Below, one piece after another: positions 37,610 through 49,569 of a DNA stretch of 64,000 nt. The DNA is from Tricharina praecox (lineage: Eukaryota), in assembly GCF_024521635.1 (NCBI RefSeq), contig NW_026250432.1, forward strand, positions 1 to 64,000, given 5' to 3'. The notes under the pieces are model-generated. The model did no database searches and was not told the origin of the DNA. It saw only the letters and a list, made by a program, of their open reading frames with translations. The stretch's first letter is position 1, and each line of letters begins with the position of its first letter. The translations under genes were made by a program, and so were the position numbers.

Positions 37610-40600
37610 ATGCCGGCATTCCTGAACCGTGTGTTCAAAAGGGACGCAAACGCGAAGAGGTCACAGAATCAAACTCCTGTTCCCGATCAACCATCGGTTC
37701 CCAAATGGACCGATGGATGGCTGAGGACGGAGGTGTCGCCGATCGAGGTCCAGGAGCTGCTGCGCGTGTGTACTGCTGAAGTGAAATCGAGGGGTGCGTG
37801 GATCAAATCCAGTCAATTTCCTTCCTGAAAGAAAAAAAACCAAAGCTGGAAAATTGGACAAACAGAGGGGAAATTTGGGGGGATTTTTTTTTGAAAATTG
37901 CTGTAGAAAGAAGTGAAGTGCTGATGACAGATTATGTGTGGATTTGAACAGGCTTGTCGACTCCCTTCCTCCTCCTGCCATATCGCCCCAACACCGACCC
38001 GTGCGCCGCTCGATCGTTCATCCGCAATTTCTTCAGCCCGACAAATGGCCAGCTTACGGGCCCCTACCTGCAACAGGAGTTACGACTCACCGATCCCGAC
38101 GTTCTCTGCAGCGCTTTGAAATGGTGCTGGAGCAGGCTGCCGGGAGGTGTAGTCACGTGGGAGGTGTATGAGATGTTCCGTCAGGTAAGCAGAAGAAGCG
38201 GGAAAGCGAGCAGTTTGGGGGGTTTTTTGTTTTTTTGTTGTGGTGACTGACTGTCTTCTAGGGCGAAGTTGGTAAGATTTTTGCCCGTATCCTCGGCCGA
38301 GACACAGACGACTGGGGGAGCTTACCGGAATACAAAGCTCCCGAGTCGTCGGTTTAAGGTTTTAAAGTTAGAGTTAAGGCTGAGCTTTATTTTTTTAGAT
38401 TCGAGCATGGCTCGAGACTCTTTCGCCACATTCATCCCGATCAGTGCCGAGTCCGAGGCCCGGTCCAATATAATCTTTGATTACTTCGACCTACTCTCAG
38501 CCGTCGCCGCCAATGGCAAGCACAACGGTCTGGGTGGACTCAAACTGTCGAGGTTGGCGGGTTGGTGGGCCTTCGAGCACACTGATACGGGTTATGGATT
38601 CGAGGGCGGTTACACTTCATGGACGAGCGCCGCGGATGCAACCTGTCATCTTTTCTTTGCCTATATGAGGTCGCTTTCGCCTGCAGATCCCAGCAGAAGT
38701 GTTTCATTGTTGCCAACCTCGCTGAGAGCGCTGCTTGCGTCCGTGGACTACCCACCCGTGACACCCCAACAGTTGCAGACCCGCACAGTGAGAGTCGTCA
38801 TAACCGTCGACAAAGTCTCGCCCTCTCCCTTTGCGTTGCTGAGGAGGGCCAAGAATCTCCATTACAATCACAGCGATCGTGCATTGAAGGTGTTCACCGA
38901 TTTCGACGACCCCATCCGAGCTCTTACGGACGAGTGCAGACGTGTGTTGAAATGCATCTCCGCGTCTAGTCACGGTCAATCTTCCGCCAGCAGAGCATCG
39001 AACGGGCTTCAGGATCAGTCCTGGTCCAGGTTCCAGGACCTGGGATTCGCTGGACTGACGGAGGCCGAGTCCGAGGACTCGGAGGATGATGCTCTCCACT
39101 CGGAAACATTCAGCCGTCGCATTTCGTCCCAATCTCACCAGCCACCAGCCACGACACCATCTAGTCCCCTCGAGAGAGAGGAATTCGCCGAGGTTGCGCG
39201 GCCGATGACTCCATCGTGGGCAGACTTCATGGATGCTGGCTTTGGCGATCGCGAGATCAGCAATGCTCCAGCTCCGCATCTCCTGCCTCCGGACAAGGTC
39301 CTCCCGCCCATCGACACTGCGGATCGTCTCAAGAGCTCGCAGTCGAACCGGAGGATGCAGATTCTGGAGCCTGGCGAGTTGGAAAGCATCACCCCGATGT
39401 CGGTTGATGACGTGTTTTGGTGGGTTTGGATGTCGAGTTTGGCCGGAGAGGAGACTGCGCTCCGAAAAGCCGTTTTTGGTCGTTGCGCGCTGGTCGAGAC
39501 TACGGTGCAAGGTGCCAAGTGGTTGGTGGTTGAGGCACGTACCGTTTGCACCCCCGACACGACTGAACGCCCTGCTGACTTGTCTGTAGGAGAAAATCCG
39601 CGGCGCCGCAACAATGGCGGAGGCTCCTGTGGTGACCAAGAAGGATAGGAAATGGACCAAGAGGACTAGGCTGAGGAGGAAGTCGCTCAGCACACCCGAA
39701 GTGCCTACCCAGCAGTCACTAAAACCTTTCAATGCATCGCTGCACACCTCGAGCAGAACCAACATCGGCCCGGACCAGACGGCGAAGATTCAGGCAGCGG
39801 CTGCAGCTCTACGACAGCAACAGTCGGATGCAGAGTTTTCGCACTTGAGGCGTAATAGGCCGCGCGAACATGCGACAGATGCGAAGACCAACAGCGTGTT
39901 TACCCTGCAACCAGTCATCATGTCCGAAGCCACGCCGGCCATGAAGTGGGCGAACCGATACGATCGTGACAACCTGCGAGATGCATACATCAAGGGTGTC
40001 CCGCCACCAGAGAAGAAGCCTCAGGTCGACACGGACCGGGCTCTCCCTGCCCTTCCGAGGGAAGAAACCGCTCCTGTGGCTAAACCGCAGGCGGAGACCT
40101 CCCTGCCTGCACCGGCGCCTGCATCTTCGACGACATCCATTCCGGTGAAGAGCATGATCGCGCCCATCGAGGCTGAGCCCCCTCGGAAATTGGCTGCTCC
40201 TGCGAACATTACTATCGCACCTGGCACCGCCGTCGCTCCACCTGCCAACAGTGGACGCTCGTCTCCCGCCATCAACAAACGAATGTCCATGAGTCCCACC
40301 CCGGTGCATCCTGTGGCCCCCACATCCGATAAGTCGAACAAGAAGGTCTCCCGCCTTCGAGCTATGTTTGGCATGAAGGCGGAGGGAACCGTCCTGTCTC
40401 CGTTGGGGGCCCCGGCTTCACAGCAGCTCGCAGTTCCAGTGGCGGAGGTCGGCCGCAAGAACTCCCTGAGAAGGAGCCGTTCCCCTGTTGAGTCTAAGAC
40501 GCCACAGGCCTCGGCCCCCCCGACTCCCGAGCCAAAGATGTCGTCAGAACAGGAGCCATCGATGAAGGAGACTGCACCCGCGTACCCTGCCCCGCCCGTC

Positions 40601-41071
40601 GAAGAACACCCAGCCCTCTCAAAAAATGCCTTCGCATCTTTCGACCAGGGTCCTCTCGACGAGCCCGCGTTCGTTCCTGACGATTCCCCCGATGACTCCG
40701 ACATCGGTGACTCTATCCACCCCGCTATGATCAACGACGACGAAGCGGTTTCGGACATGTCGGCCCCCGGCTCCCCCGAGCCAATCCAGGACCGCTGGGC
40801 GCAGATCAGGAAGAACGCGGCGGATAGGGCCAAGGCGCAGGCCAAGGTGCAGGATGACTCTGCCACCACCACTACCACCACCACAAACACCGATACCCGA
40901 GCAAGCATGGATGAAGGCGAGACCAGTGGAGAGGAGAGTAGGTTTTCCTCCTCTCAAGCATTGCGTGGTGATGATGACCTGCTGACTCCCGAAGCAATTG
41001 AGTCGAGAGTTGCCAGGATCAAGGCTCGTGTGGCCCAGTTGACCGCTGAGGGTGCCACCCACCGTGCTTGA
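37610..41071 (+). CDS. Msb1/Mug8-like morphogenesis protein (DUF1708-type RhoGAP-like domain)
   Basis: MPAFLNRVF...VQELLRVCTAEVKSR|GLSTPFLLLPYRP...ALKWCWSRLPGGVVTWEVY...NGLGGLKLSRLAGWWAF...WSRFQDLGF...FWWVWMSSLAGEET..RKAVFGRC; ends ETIESRVARIKARVAQLT after splicing out 40938-40994. Confidence 0.85.
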
Positions 41072-41730
41072 GAGAGTGAGTAGTCTACGTTGTAATGGAA
41101 AGGGGATTTACGTTTGATTTTCCCTGGGGAGGGGGAGCGGAGGGAGGACGGGAGGTGATACTATTCTTTACTTCTTTTACTCTACATACGATACTCTATC
41201 ACTCTATATTCCGACCACATATTTCCCTATTGCTTTCCTCATATTTCTAAAATTTTAACGTTTTCTCTTCCGCCCGGAATTGTGGTTTTAATTTTGGTTT
41301 CCTCATCCCCATTTTCTTACGCTCTCTTTCTGTTCATTTTCTTTCTGTTCCATTTTTCCCCTTCTTTCTCCGTTCACGTTTATACGAACTAGAAAGTTGA
41401 CCGTATCGTGCGGTGCAATCTATTTGTCTGTCTTAGCTTCGCAGCGTTTTTTTCTTTTCTTTTCTTCTTTTTGTCTTGTTGAGCGTTTATTTCATTTTGA
41501 TTCCCCTTTGAACAATCGATTCCTTATCCTCGTCCTTTCTGTTGGCATAATAGCTATTCTTTTCCTTGCTTCCGTTTCGTTTGTCTGTTCAGTCTGCCGA
41601 TGTAATCGTCTGTATCATAGAAGCCCATACCATATGCTATGCAAATGGTGCAGAAGTCATCGTATCCATTTTCAGTTGTGAGTGATGAGAAGTGGTCTGT
41701 GCACGTGGCTTGGCAGTTTTAACGAAACGC

Positions 41731-41778
41731 ACGCGTTGATTCGTTTTTGGCGCGTTGGTGCTAATACTTTCCGCGTCG
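41731..41778 (+). promoter_or_regulatory. MCB (MluI cell-cycle box)-like cluster upstream of PCNA
   Basis: ACGCGT at 41731, plus CGCGT cores at 41751 and 41772, just upstream of the PCNA 5' UTR. MCB control of PCNA is established in yeasts. Confidence 0.55.
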
Positions 41779-42042
41779 CCCTCCAACCCCCCTTCCACCT
41801 CTTCCTTTCCTTCCCTCCATCCATCAACAACACTCACTTGCGACACTACCTACATCTATCAATCAACCTCTCTACCACCTAATGTACGCCGTGATTTCGA
41901 TCTCCCTGGAGATGGAATGGGTATTATGTGTGGAGGAGTGCTAATGTATTTTTATTCGTGCAGTCGGTTGACCACCTAATCCTCGCACTACTACCACCAC
42001 CACCCCAAACACCACCACAAACAAGCACCCCCAACCGTCAAG

Positions 42043-42995
42043 AGTCTGCCGTCCTTCCCCCAACTACGGAAGAAGCATTGACTGACCATGTCTCTCTCTT
42101 CCAGTGCTCGAAGCGCGCCTCGAACAAGCCACGGTCCTGAAGAAGGTCGTAGACGCGATCAAAGACCTAGTTCAAGACTGCAACTTCGACTGCAACGACA
42201 GCGGGATCGCGTTGCAAGCGATGGACAACAGCCACGTGGCTTTAGTCGCCATGCACCTGAAGACGGAGGGGTTTAACCTATTCCGGTGCGACCGCAACAT
42301 CGCGCTGGGGATCAACCTGGGCTCGCTACAGAAGGTGCTACGCGCTGCGCAGAACGAGGATATTCTCACGCTCAAGGCGGAGGATGCTCCCGATGTCCTC
42401 AGTCTGGTCTTCGAGAATACGGAAAATGATCGTATCAGCGAGTATGATATCAAACTTATGGATATCGATCAGGAACACCTCGGTATTCCCGAGACGGAAT
42501 ACGGTGCCACGGTCACCCTCCCCAGCGCCGAGTTCCAGAGGATCTGTAGGGACCTGATACAGATCTCCGAGTCTGGTACATTTCCCCCTTCCCCTCGTCC
42601 CCCCGCCATCACTAACACGTGCTACCTGCCAGTATCCATCGAGGCCAACAAGGAAGGCATCAAGTTCAGCTGCACCGGCGACATCGGTAGTGGCGCGGTA
42701 ACACTGCGGCAGAACGCGAACGTCGACAAGCCGGAGCTGGGCACGACCATCGACCTGCAGGAGCCCGTCGCCCTCACCTTCTCGCTCAAGTACCTGGTCA
42801 ACTTCTGCAAGGCCTCCGGCCTGTCGAATACCGTTACCCTGTCGCTAAGCAATGAGATTCCGCTGTTGATTGAGTATGTCCCCTATGAGTGGAGGGAGTG
42901 CTGTGCTGATGCATGTGGTTGTGTGTGATAGGTACAAGATGGAACACGGATTCGTCAGGTTCTATCTCGCCCCCAAGATTGGTGACGAGGAGTAG
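42043..42995 (+). CDS. POL30: Proliferating cell nuclear antigen
   Basis: [30 protein letters not shown]...[11 protein letters not shown]...[11 protein letters not shown]. Introns at 42044-42104 (splits the ATG), 42576-42632 and 42874-42931. Confidence 0.97.
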
Positions 42996-43457
42996 GCAGA
43001 TCGTCTCATCTCATCTCATCTTTCCATAATGTGCTACGTGGCTTCGTGCGTTCCGAGGCGGGACTGTTCAAAAAACCTGTTTCATGTCTCGCTTTACTTT
43101 GCTGTTGTCGTGATGCCTTAGCTTTGTCGGGGGGATTTATACCGGTGTATTCTGCGTACTGTTTTCCCGAAGACGAGTGATCCCCCATGATGTGATGTGA
43201 TCGTAATGCGAAAAAACTGTCGGTTCACTGGCTCAATTGTATCACCCAAGTAAAAAGCGACGAAACGATGAAAAGAAAGAAGAAAAGAAGAAAAACAATA
43301 AACGCCAACACCCCAAGCAAACAAGACAAGACAAGCCAAAAGCCACATCCAAATACCCCCCACCCACCCATCCCCCATCCCGCCATCCCCCACTTCCACA
43401 GGCATTATCATATACGCCGCCGACACCACACCTCATCTATCCACCCATACAACCCTA

Positions 43458-44904
43458 TTACTCCCCGCTAAACAGAATATACTGCAAAATATCACTCAGC
43501 GTCAACACGCCCATGAGCCTTCCGTCGGGCTCGACGACCATGAGCCGGTGCACGCGCGAGCGCCGTATCGTGTCGAATATTGCGTCCAGACTGTCGTTGA
43601 GAGAGCACGTATGTACACCCGAGAAGTCCTGGGGCGGAAGGTGTATTAGTAAGAGAAGAGAGGGGAGAGGGAGGGAGGGGGGGGAGTGGGGGGATAGTTA
43701 CGTCGGGACGTCGCAGTAACGCTTCGCCTACGCTTAGTGATAGGTCTTGATAGCTACCGCCCTTGATCAGCGTTAGGACGTCGACTGATTCGTAGATGTT
43801 CAAGAGGATGCCTGTGGATTCGCGCGGATCAGCCTACTGTTGTATGTAGCGAGGGCGAGGGCTCGCAGGGGGTTAAAGTCAAGGTAACGGTACCATTAGC
43901 ATCGACAATGGGCACACTACTGATATCCCTCTGGACGAGCAAATGTATGACGGTGATGACGGGGGTATCCATCATGGCGGTAGCGATATCCTTCTCAGTC
44001 ATGATCCCGATCTCGCGCAGGGGCTTCCGTAGCTGCCGGGTCTCGCGCACATTGAACGCGATAAACTTCAGGATGCGGAACTGCGTGAGCACCGACACCA
44101 CCATCTCCTGCTGCGTCTCGTCGTCGATGTCAATTAGCGGGATGCGCCGCGCCCGGCTGCGCAGCATCCGCCGGCACGCGTCGAATAAGGGCACCATCGG
44201 GTTGACAGATACAGTCTCGATCTGAGTCGTGCCGATGGCTTGCTCGATTTCTACGGACGTCAGTGGCTACCCCAACCCAACCCCGGAAGATGGACGGGGA
44301 CACGTACCCCGCAGGCTGTCGAGCCGGAACCCGTCGATTTGACTCAGCTTGTCGGGGTTCTGCCAGTAGTACTGCACCACGTTGATGTAGTCCGTGGAGG
44401 TGAGGAGCCCCGCGAACGCCGAGGTCTTTGAGTTCCACAGGGGCGCCGAAACGATACCTTCCCACCACCATCAGCATCAGCATCAGTGCCCCCCGCAGTA
44501 GAAAGAGTTGAAGCATAGCATACCATTCTGCACCAGGATGAGGAGACTTTTCTTGACTAGCAGTCCCGTATCCAGCACTATCAGCCGAAAGCTAACCGGC
44601 AGCACATCATAGCTGGTACGGATCTTGAGGAATTCTCGGATGGCATTCTGTTCCCGCCCATCCATCCATCAGCCATCTGTCCCTTCGGGGGTACACGGGG
44701 TACACGGAGAGCATGCATGCATACCAGTCCCTCAGCCTGCTCCCTATCAACAGCACTTAGTTCCGCTGGCGGCTGTTGCGGCGGCGACGGCGGAGATGGA
44801 GTCGCAGCTGGGGCCCGTTGCTGCGGCCGCAGATAGGATGAGGGCCGCACAGGGCATGGCCGCGCGGGGCTGGGCGGGTGGGCGCCGGGCGCGGGTTCTG
44901 ACAT
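43458..44904 (-). CDS. SNF4: SNF1/AMPK gamma subunit (CBS domains)
   Basis: [84 protein letters not shown]. Confidence 0.95.
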
Positions 44905-46203
44905 CTTAATCACGACTCGGGGAGGAGTGGCATTGACCGTAACGCGGGTGTGGGTGCGGGGGGAAGGCGGGGTGTGGGAGGCTGGGAGTATGTAGATTGT
45001 AGAGGTGACGTCCGTATTTCTGGCAGTCTGTCTGAGACGGTCTGGAGTTCTTGGGCTCGGTGGTCGGTCGGCGGTCGTCGTTGGTCTGTCGTCCGTCGTT
45101 GGTCGATCTGACTCCAGGTTGTGTGAAGGTCGCTAATGAACCGAACCTAGCCCGTCGAGTAGGTAAGTAGTGGTGGGACGTGTGTGTGTGGTGGGGGATT
45201 AGATCACAGGAAGTTAAGTACCTAAATATGTAACTTTGGACTTTGGGGGCGATGTCGGATCATGGATGGGTTAACTGCGTCTATTTTATTCCACATTTAT
45301 TTCCAGTTTGGGAACAAACCATGCCACTTCCCTTCATTGCCTGCCAGCCCTCATTCATCTTTCTCCACAACACTCCCGCTTCCCTCCCACCTTCTTCTCC
45401 ACAACATTTGCTCGTCCCTCCCACCTCACATTCATCCCAGAGCCCAGCCCAGCCAGCCAGCCAGCCAGCAGCCACATCATGCAAGATGTCGACACCATTC
45501 TTTAGCACCGGCGTCGGCACAGAGCCTAAATTCAGGGTGGAGTACTCTATCGGAGTCTTTCCCGCCGCTTCAACCGCGGCACATACATTCAAGTCTGGGC
45601 GGATCAATCAATCCTCAATCCCGCAGTCTCGACCGAAAGCGATCCGATAGATAATCTGAAAAGACAGCGGACGGTCGGCACTCTACATACGCTTGCCGCG
45701 GGTGAATAGAGTAGATTGGCCTCTGCAGGGTAACGGGCGCCGAGACGTTGATGGTGATCGTAGATAGGTGGTGTCTGCGCTTTGTGGGGTGACATCACTG
45801 CGCATCGGTCAGCGATCTAATTCCATGTGACGGACTCAGTGGACTCAGTGCGCGCTTTCCGTCGCGAGGGCGGCGGGGAAGTGGGGTAGGTACGCCTCCA
45901 GAAGAAACGAATGGCATTAGCATACGACCGAGCAGGAAGCAACCGCTCATCGCCCAAAAACTCGGGATTGTTGCATCGTAGCTTGGCGGGGGAAGAGGAT
46001 GAGCGGACGAAAAAGCTTGTGCAAGCGGCGGACGGCTCGCCCAATCCGTCGACTCGGCGGACATCGGTTTTCGGGACATCTCCCGGACGCAGAAAACCTG
46101 GGTTAGGGCTATCATCACACGTCTGCATCATCTCCGCCGCCCGCCCGTCAAAAAAAAAAAACAGAGGCCGCGCGCCACTCCAACCGCTCGTTAGGTCAAC
46201 ACC

Positions 46204-46752
46204 ATGTCCCTCGCCGTGCCCCTCCGACCGCTCCTCCGACCGCTGCGGCCGTGCAGCCGGCGCACATTCTTCGACCTTCCTACGGCGAGTCCCCAACGCT
46301 TCACGGCTTCCCGACGCCTGCCGCACCCACCGGCAGCACTCTACCGCCTCATCAGCGACATCGACGCCTACCACGAGTACCTCCCCTACTGCCTAGGCTC
46401 CCGCATCACGTCGCGCTGCCCCGACACCAACACACCGACCGAAGCCGATCTCCGCGTGGGCTGGGGGGCATTCGACGAGACGTTCCGGAGCCGTGTGACG
46501 TGTATACCCGAGCGCCTCAGCGTCCAGGCGGATGCAAGCCAGAACCCGCTGTTTAAACAATTGAAGGCTAGATGGGAGATCAAAGATTCCGATGACGGAC
46601 ATGGGGGAGACGTGAGTTTGCACATCGAGTTTGCGTTTGCCAATCCGCTCTATGCGGCCGTCGGTGGAGCGGTGGCGCCGAAGGTGGCCGGTGTCATGGT
46701 GGATGCATTCGAGAAGCGGGCGAGGGAGGTGTTGAAGATCGTTCCGACGTAG
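46204..46752 (+). CDS. COQ10: Coq10 coenzyme Q-binding START/polyketide-cyclase-fold protein
   Basis: Mitochondrial-type presequence, then LYRLISDIDAYHEYLPYC, ADLRVGWGAFDETFRSRV, EFAFANPLY, AFEKRA. Confidence 0.88.
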   Translation: MSLAVPLRPLLRPLRPCSRRTFFDLPTASPQRFTASRRLPHPPAALYRLISDIDAYHEYLPYCLGSRITSRCPDTNTPTEADLRVGWGAFDETFRSRVTCIPERLSVQADASQNPLFKQLKARWEIKDSDDGHGGDVSLHIEFAFANPLYAAVGGAVAPKVAGVMVDAFEKRAREVLKIVPT

Positions 46753-47079
46753 GAGCGGTGGGGGCGGGCTGGGTAGGGAGGGGGTGTGCAATTGGCTGAT
46801 ATGGGTCGGCTGGAGTCTGATATCATTTATGCCGTGCATATACCGTGGAGTTCCGGTCGATAGTCTAGACAAAAACATGGTGTACGATAGAGCAATTACG
46901 GGCGGGCAAGTAGAGAAGATCACATTCTGGTTTCACTCAGACCATGCATGCCGACTGACGGTGAATATAATGATCTCCAAAGAACAGATCCACTAAAACC
47001 ATGCCAGAAAAAGTAACGGTAGATATAGGTAAAGTAAATACACAAACGCCCGAAGAAACAACTTTTAATTACTTGAATC

Positions 47080-49257
47080 CTACTTCTTCTCTTTCTTCGC
47101 TTTGGTTTGCTTCTTGCCCTTCGCCTTGGCCACCTTCTTAACCTCTGTTGTCTCCTTGGCTTCCTCTACTGCCTTCTCTGCCTTCTTGACCTCCTTCTCT
47201 ACTACCTTCAGCTTCTCAACCTCCTTCGTAGCCTTCTCAACCTCCTTGTCCTCCTCCTTCTTCTCCTCTGCCTTCTCGGCCTTCTTCTCGTTCTTTCCCT
47301 TCTTGTTCTTCGCTTTCTCCTTCTTCTCCTCCTTCTTCTCCTCCTCCTTCTTCTCCACAATCGTCTCCACAATCGTCTCCACAATCTTCTCGTCCTTCTT
47401 GTCCGCCAGCTTAGCATCAGGGTTAATACCCTTCCTCTTCAACATCTTCCTCTCCGCCTTCACGGCAAACTCCTTATCCGCCTCCTCATCGAATGCAACA
47501 GCCTCACCAGATTCATCATCCTCGGTGTCGACATCCATGACATCAGCGGCGACCTCGCCATCCTTGGCGACCTTCGCCTGCACCGTCGGGCCGACCTTCT
47601 TGAACTTGGCGACGAAGAAACCGTCGACGTTGTACATGTGGGGGTAGAATCTCTTAGTCCACTTCAGCTTATCGTTGAACTGCTTTCCGCGGAAGCTCGT
47701 GAACCCGGGGGTTCCAAATGTCAATCCGGTCTCGACGAGCTTGACATTTGGTCGCTTCCTGAGCGCGTAGTCGACGACGGCTTCGTTCTCCTCGACAGTG
47801 ACGGAACACGTCGAGTACACGATGTAGCCGCCTGTGCTCGACGAGTGGTCGACACTGTCGATTGCGCAGAGCAGCAGCTGCTTCTGCAGGTGCGGCAGGA
47901 CCATGAAATCCTTCTCGTCCTTGTTGGTCTTGACACTGGGATCCTTGGAGATAACGCCTGTTCCGGAGCATGGCGCGTCGAGGAGGACGCGGTCGAAGCC
48001 GCCGATGACTTTGGGAAACTCGCGGGCGTCGTAGTTGCAGACGACAGTGTTCTTGACACCCAGGCGGTGGATGTTACCGATCAGACCACGGGCACGGTCG
48101 CGGCTGGGATCGTTGGCGAAGACACAGCCGGTGTTCTTCATTAGGGCGGAGATGTAGGTTGTTTTTCCACCGGGCGCAGCGGCCATGTCGAGGACTCGCT
48201 CGTTGATCTGGGGGGCAAGTGCCATGACGGGGAGGAAAGACGAGGCGGCCTGGAGGATGTAGTGGCCAGCGAGGTACTCGGGAGTGGCTCCGAGGGGGAC
48301 GCTGGACTCGAAGACCTGTAGTCCGACCTTCGACCATTTTCCGACGGGCTCGAGGGTGACACCGCGGTTGATGAGCGCCTGGGCGAGCTCTCTGCGCGCA
48401 GTCTTGAGCGTGTTCGTTCGGATCACCAATGGCCTCTGCTTCTCGTTGGCCTCGAAGAACGAGAACGCCTCGGCGGGAGAGAAGAGCTGGTAAAGTTTCT
48501 CGGCCATGAACGGCGAGTAACCGTAGTATTCGCAGACATCCTTCAACAACTGCTCAGTGTACTCCGTCCTCGACCGTCCCTCCTCCCCTAGGTTCTTGTG
48601 GTCCTCCAGCACACGGATAGTATCGGTGATTCGTGTGCGCAGCAAGGTGATGTCCGGGGGAGCCATCGACATTCCCTCGTCGTCCTCTCCAGCGTTGCCC
48701 AGAATGCGCGGCTTATCCTCCGCAATATTTGTCTGCATCTGCGACTCAGCGAGTTCTGCCGCCGCCTCCGCCTCCTCAATCGCCTTCTGCATGTCGAGTT
48801 TCCGCGACAGACCAGCGATGTTGGCAGCCGTCAACTTCTCCTCCGCATCGGACTCGTCCTCGTCGTCCGAGAACAGCGGGCGCGGCGCTTCGTCACCCGA
48901 GTCGTAGACGTCCGAGTCGGATTCTCCGCCGTCAAGGAAGTCGTCTCCCAGCTTGTCTTCGGGTGTCGCATCGGCATCGGAGTCGTCCTCGGACACCAGG
49001 TCAAACTCATCCTCCGCGGCAGGAGCAGCAGCGGGCTTCGGCTTGGGTTCTGGCTTCCTGGCAGCAGCTCTTGGCTGCGACACCTTCGGTTTTCCCGCCG
49101 CCGCTGTAGGCTTTCCCTTCTTTGCGGCCTCCTTCCTCTTCTTCGCAGGTGCATCGTCCGCGTTGAAACCACGGCCCTTTCTCTTCTTGGTGCCGAACTT
49201 AGCCTCCTGGAGTGACTCCGGAGGTCCTTGATGTTGTCTCGAGCGTCCGGGACCCAT
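47080..49257 (-). CDS. NOP2: 25S rRNA m5C methyltransferase Nop2 (intronless)
   Basis: IRTNTLKT, GATPEYLAGHY, VLDMAAAPGGKT, FDRVLLDAPCSGTG, VYSTCS, DGFFVAKF; K/E-rich tail. Confidence 0.97.
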   Translation of the reverse strand: MGPGRSRQHQGPPESLQEAKFGTKKRKGRGFNADDAPAKKRKEAAKKGKPTAAAGKPKVSQPRAAARKPEPKPKPAAAPAAEDEFDLVSEDDSDADATPEDKLGDDFLDGGESDSDVYDSGDEAPRPLFSDDEDESDAEEKLTAANIAGLSRKLDMQKAIEEAEAAAELAESQMQTNIAEDKPRILGNAGEDDEGMSMAPPDITLLRTRITDTIRVLEDHKNLGEEGRSRTEYTEQLLKDVCEYYGYSPFMAEKLYQLFSPAEAFSFFEANEKQRPLVIRTNTLKTARRELAQALINRGVTLEPVGKWSKVGLQVFESSVPLGATPEYLAGHYILQAASSFLPVMALAPQINERVLDMAAAPGGKTTYISALMKNTGCVFANDPSRDRARGLIGNIHRLGVKNTVVCNYDAREFPKVIGGFDRVLLDAPCSGTGVISKDPSVKTNKDEKDFMVLPHLQKQLLLCAIDSVDHSSSTGGYIVYSTCSVTVEENEAVVDYALRKRPNVKLVETGLTFGTPGFTSFRGKQFNDKLKWTKRFYPHMYNVDGFFVAKFKKVGPTVQAKVAKDGEVAADVMDVDTEDDESGEAVAFDEEADKEFAVKAERKMLKRKGINPDAKLADKKDEKIVETIVETIVEKKEEEKKEEKKEKAKNKKGKNEKKAEKAEEKKEEDKEVEKATKEVEKLKVVEKEVKKAEKAVEEAKETTEVKKVAKAKGKKQTKAKKEKK

Positions 49258-49362
49258 TGTGTGTGTAATTTGGTGGTGGGGGGAGCGTGGTGGGTTCGTG
49301 GGTATATGGTCTGGTTCGATTGACCAGCAGACACAGCAGCACTTTGTAGAGAAACCAAAATC

Positions 49363-49415
49363 AACTTTTTTTGCGCGGAACTTGCAGGGGTCGCCTGTTT
49401 GGTCTAACTCATCGC
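49363..49415 (-). promoter_or_regulatory. PAC and RRPE-like ribosome-biogenesis motifs in the NOP2/GET5 divergent promoter
   Basis: CTCATCGC (reverse complement of PAC GCGATGAG) at 49408-49415, and AACTTTTTTTGCGC (RRPE-like) at about 49363. Confidence 0.45.
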
Positions 49416-49569
49416 TGCTTAGCGGGGTTTATCAGAGAGCTAGCCGACACAGTTATCTAATCTAATCGTCCCGCATAGATTCCCCGCCATCATCCTCACC
49501 ACTTCTCAGCTGCTCCATCTTCATCCCACACAGAAGCCACCACCTACAACTCCTTCTACACCGCCCAAA

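Noticed and set aside
46099..46108. CCCTAACCC on the minus strand as a possible telomerase RNA template
   Set aside because: A single 9-mer is expected by chance in a window this size, and no pseudoknot or other TER element was recognisable.
47102..49231. Long + strand ORFs overlapping NOP2, and similar antisense ORFs over the MFS and Msb1-like genes
   Set aside because: They are antisense frames arising from GC3 codon bias and low-complexity sequence.
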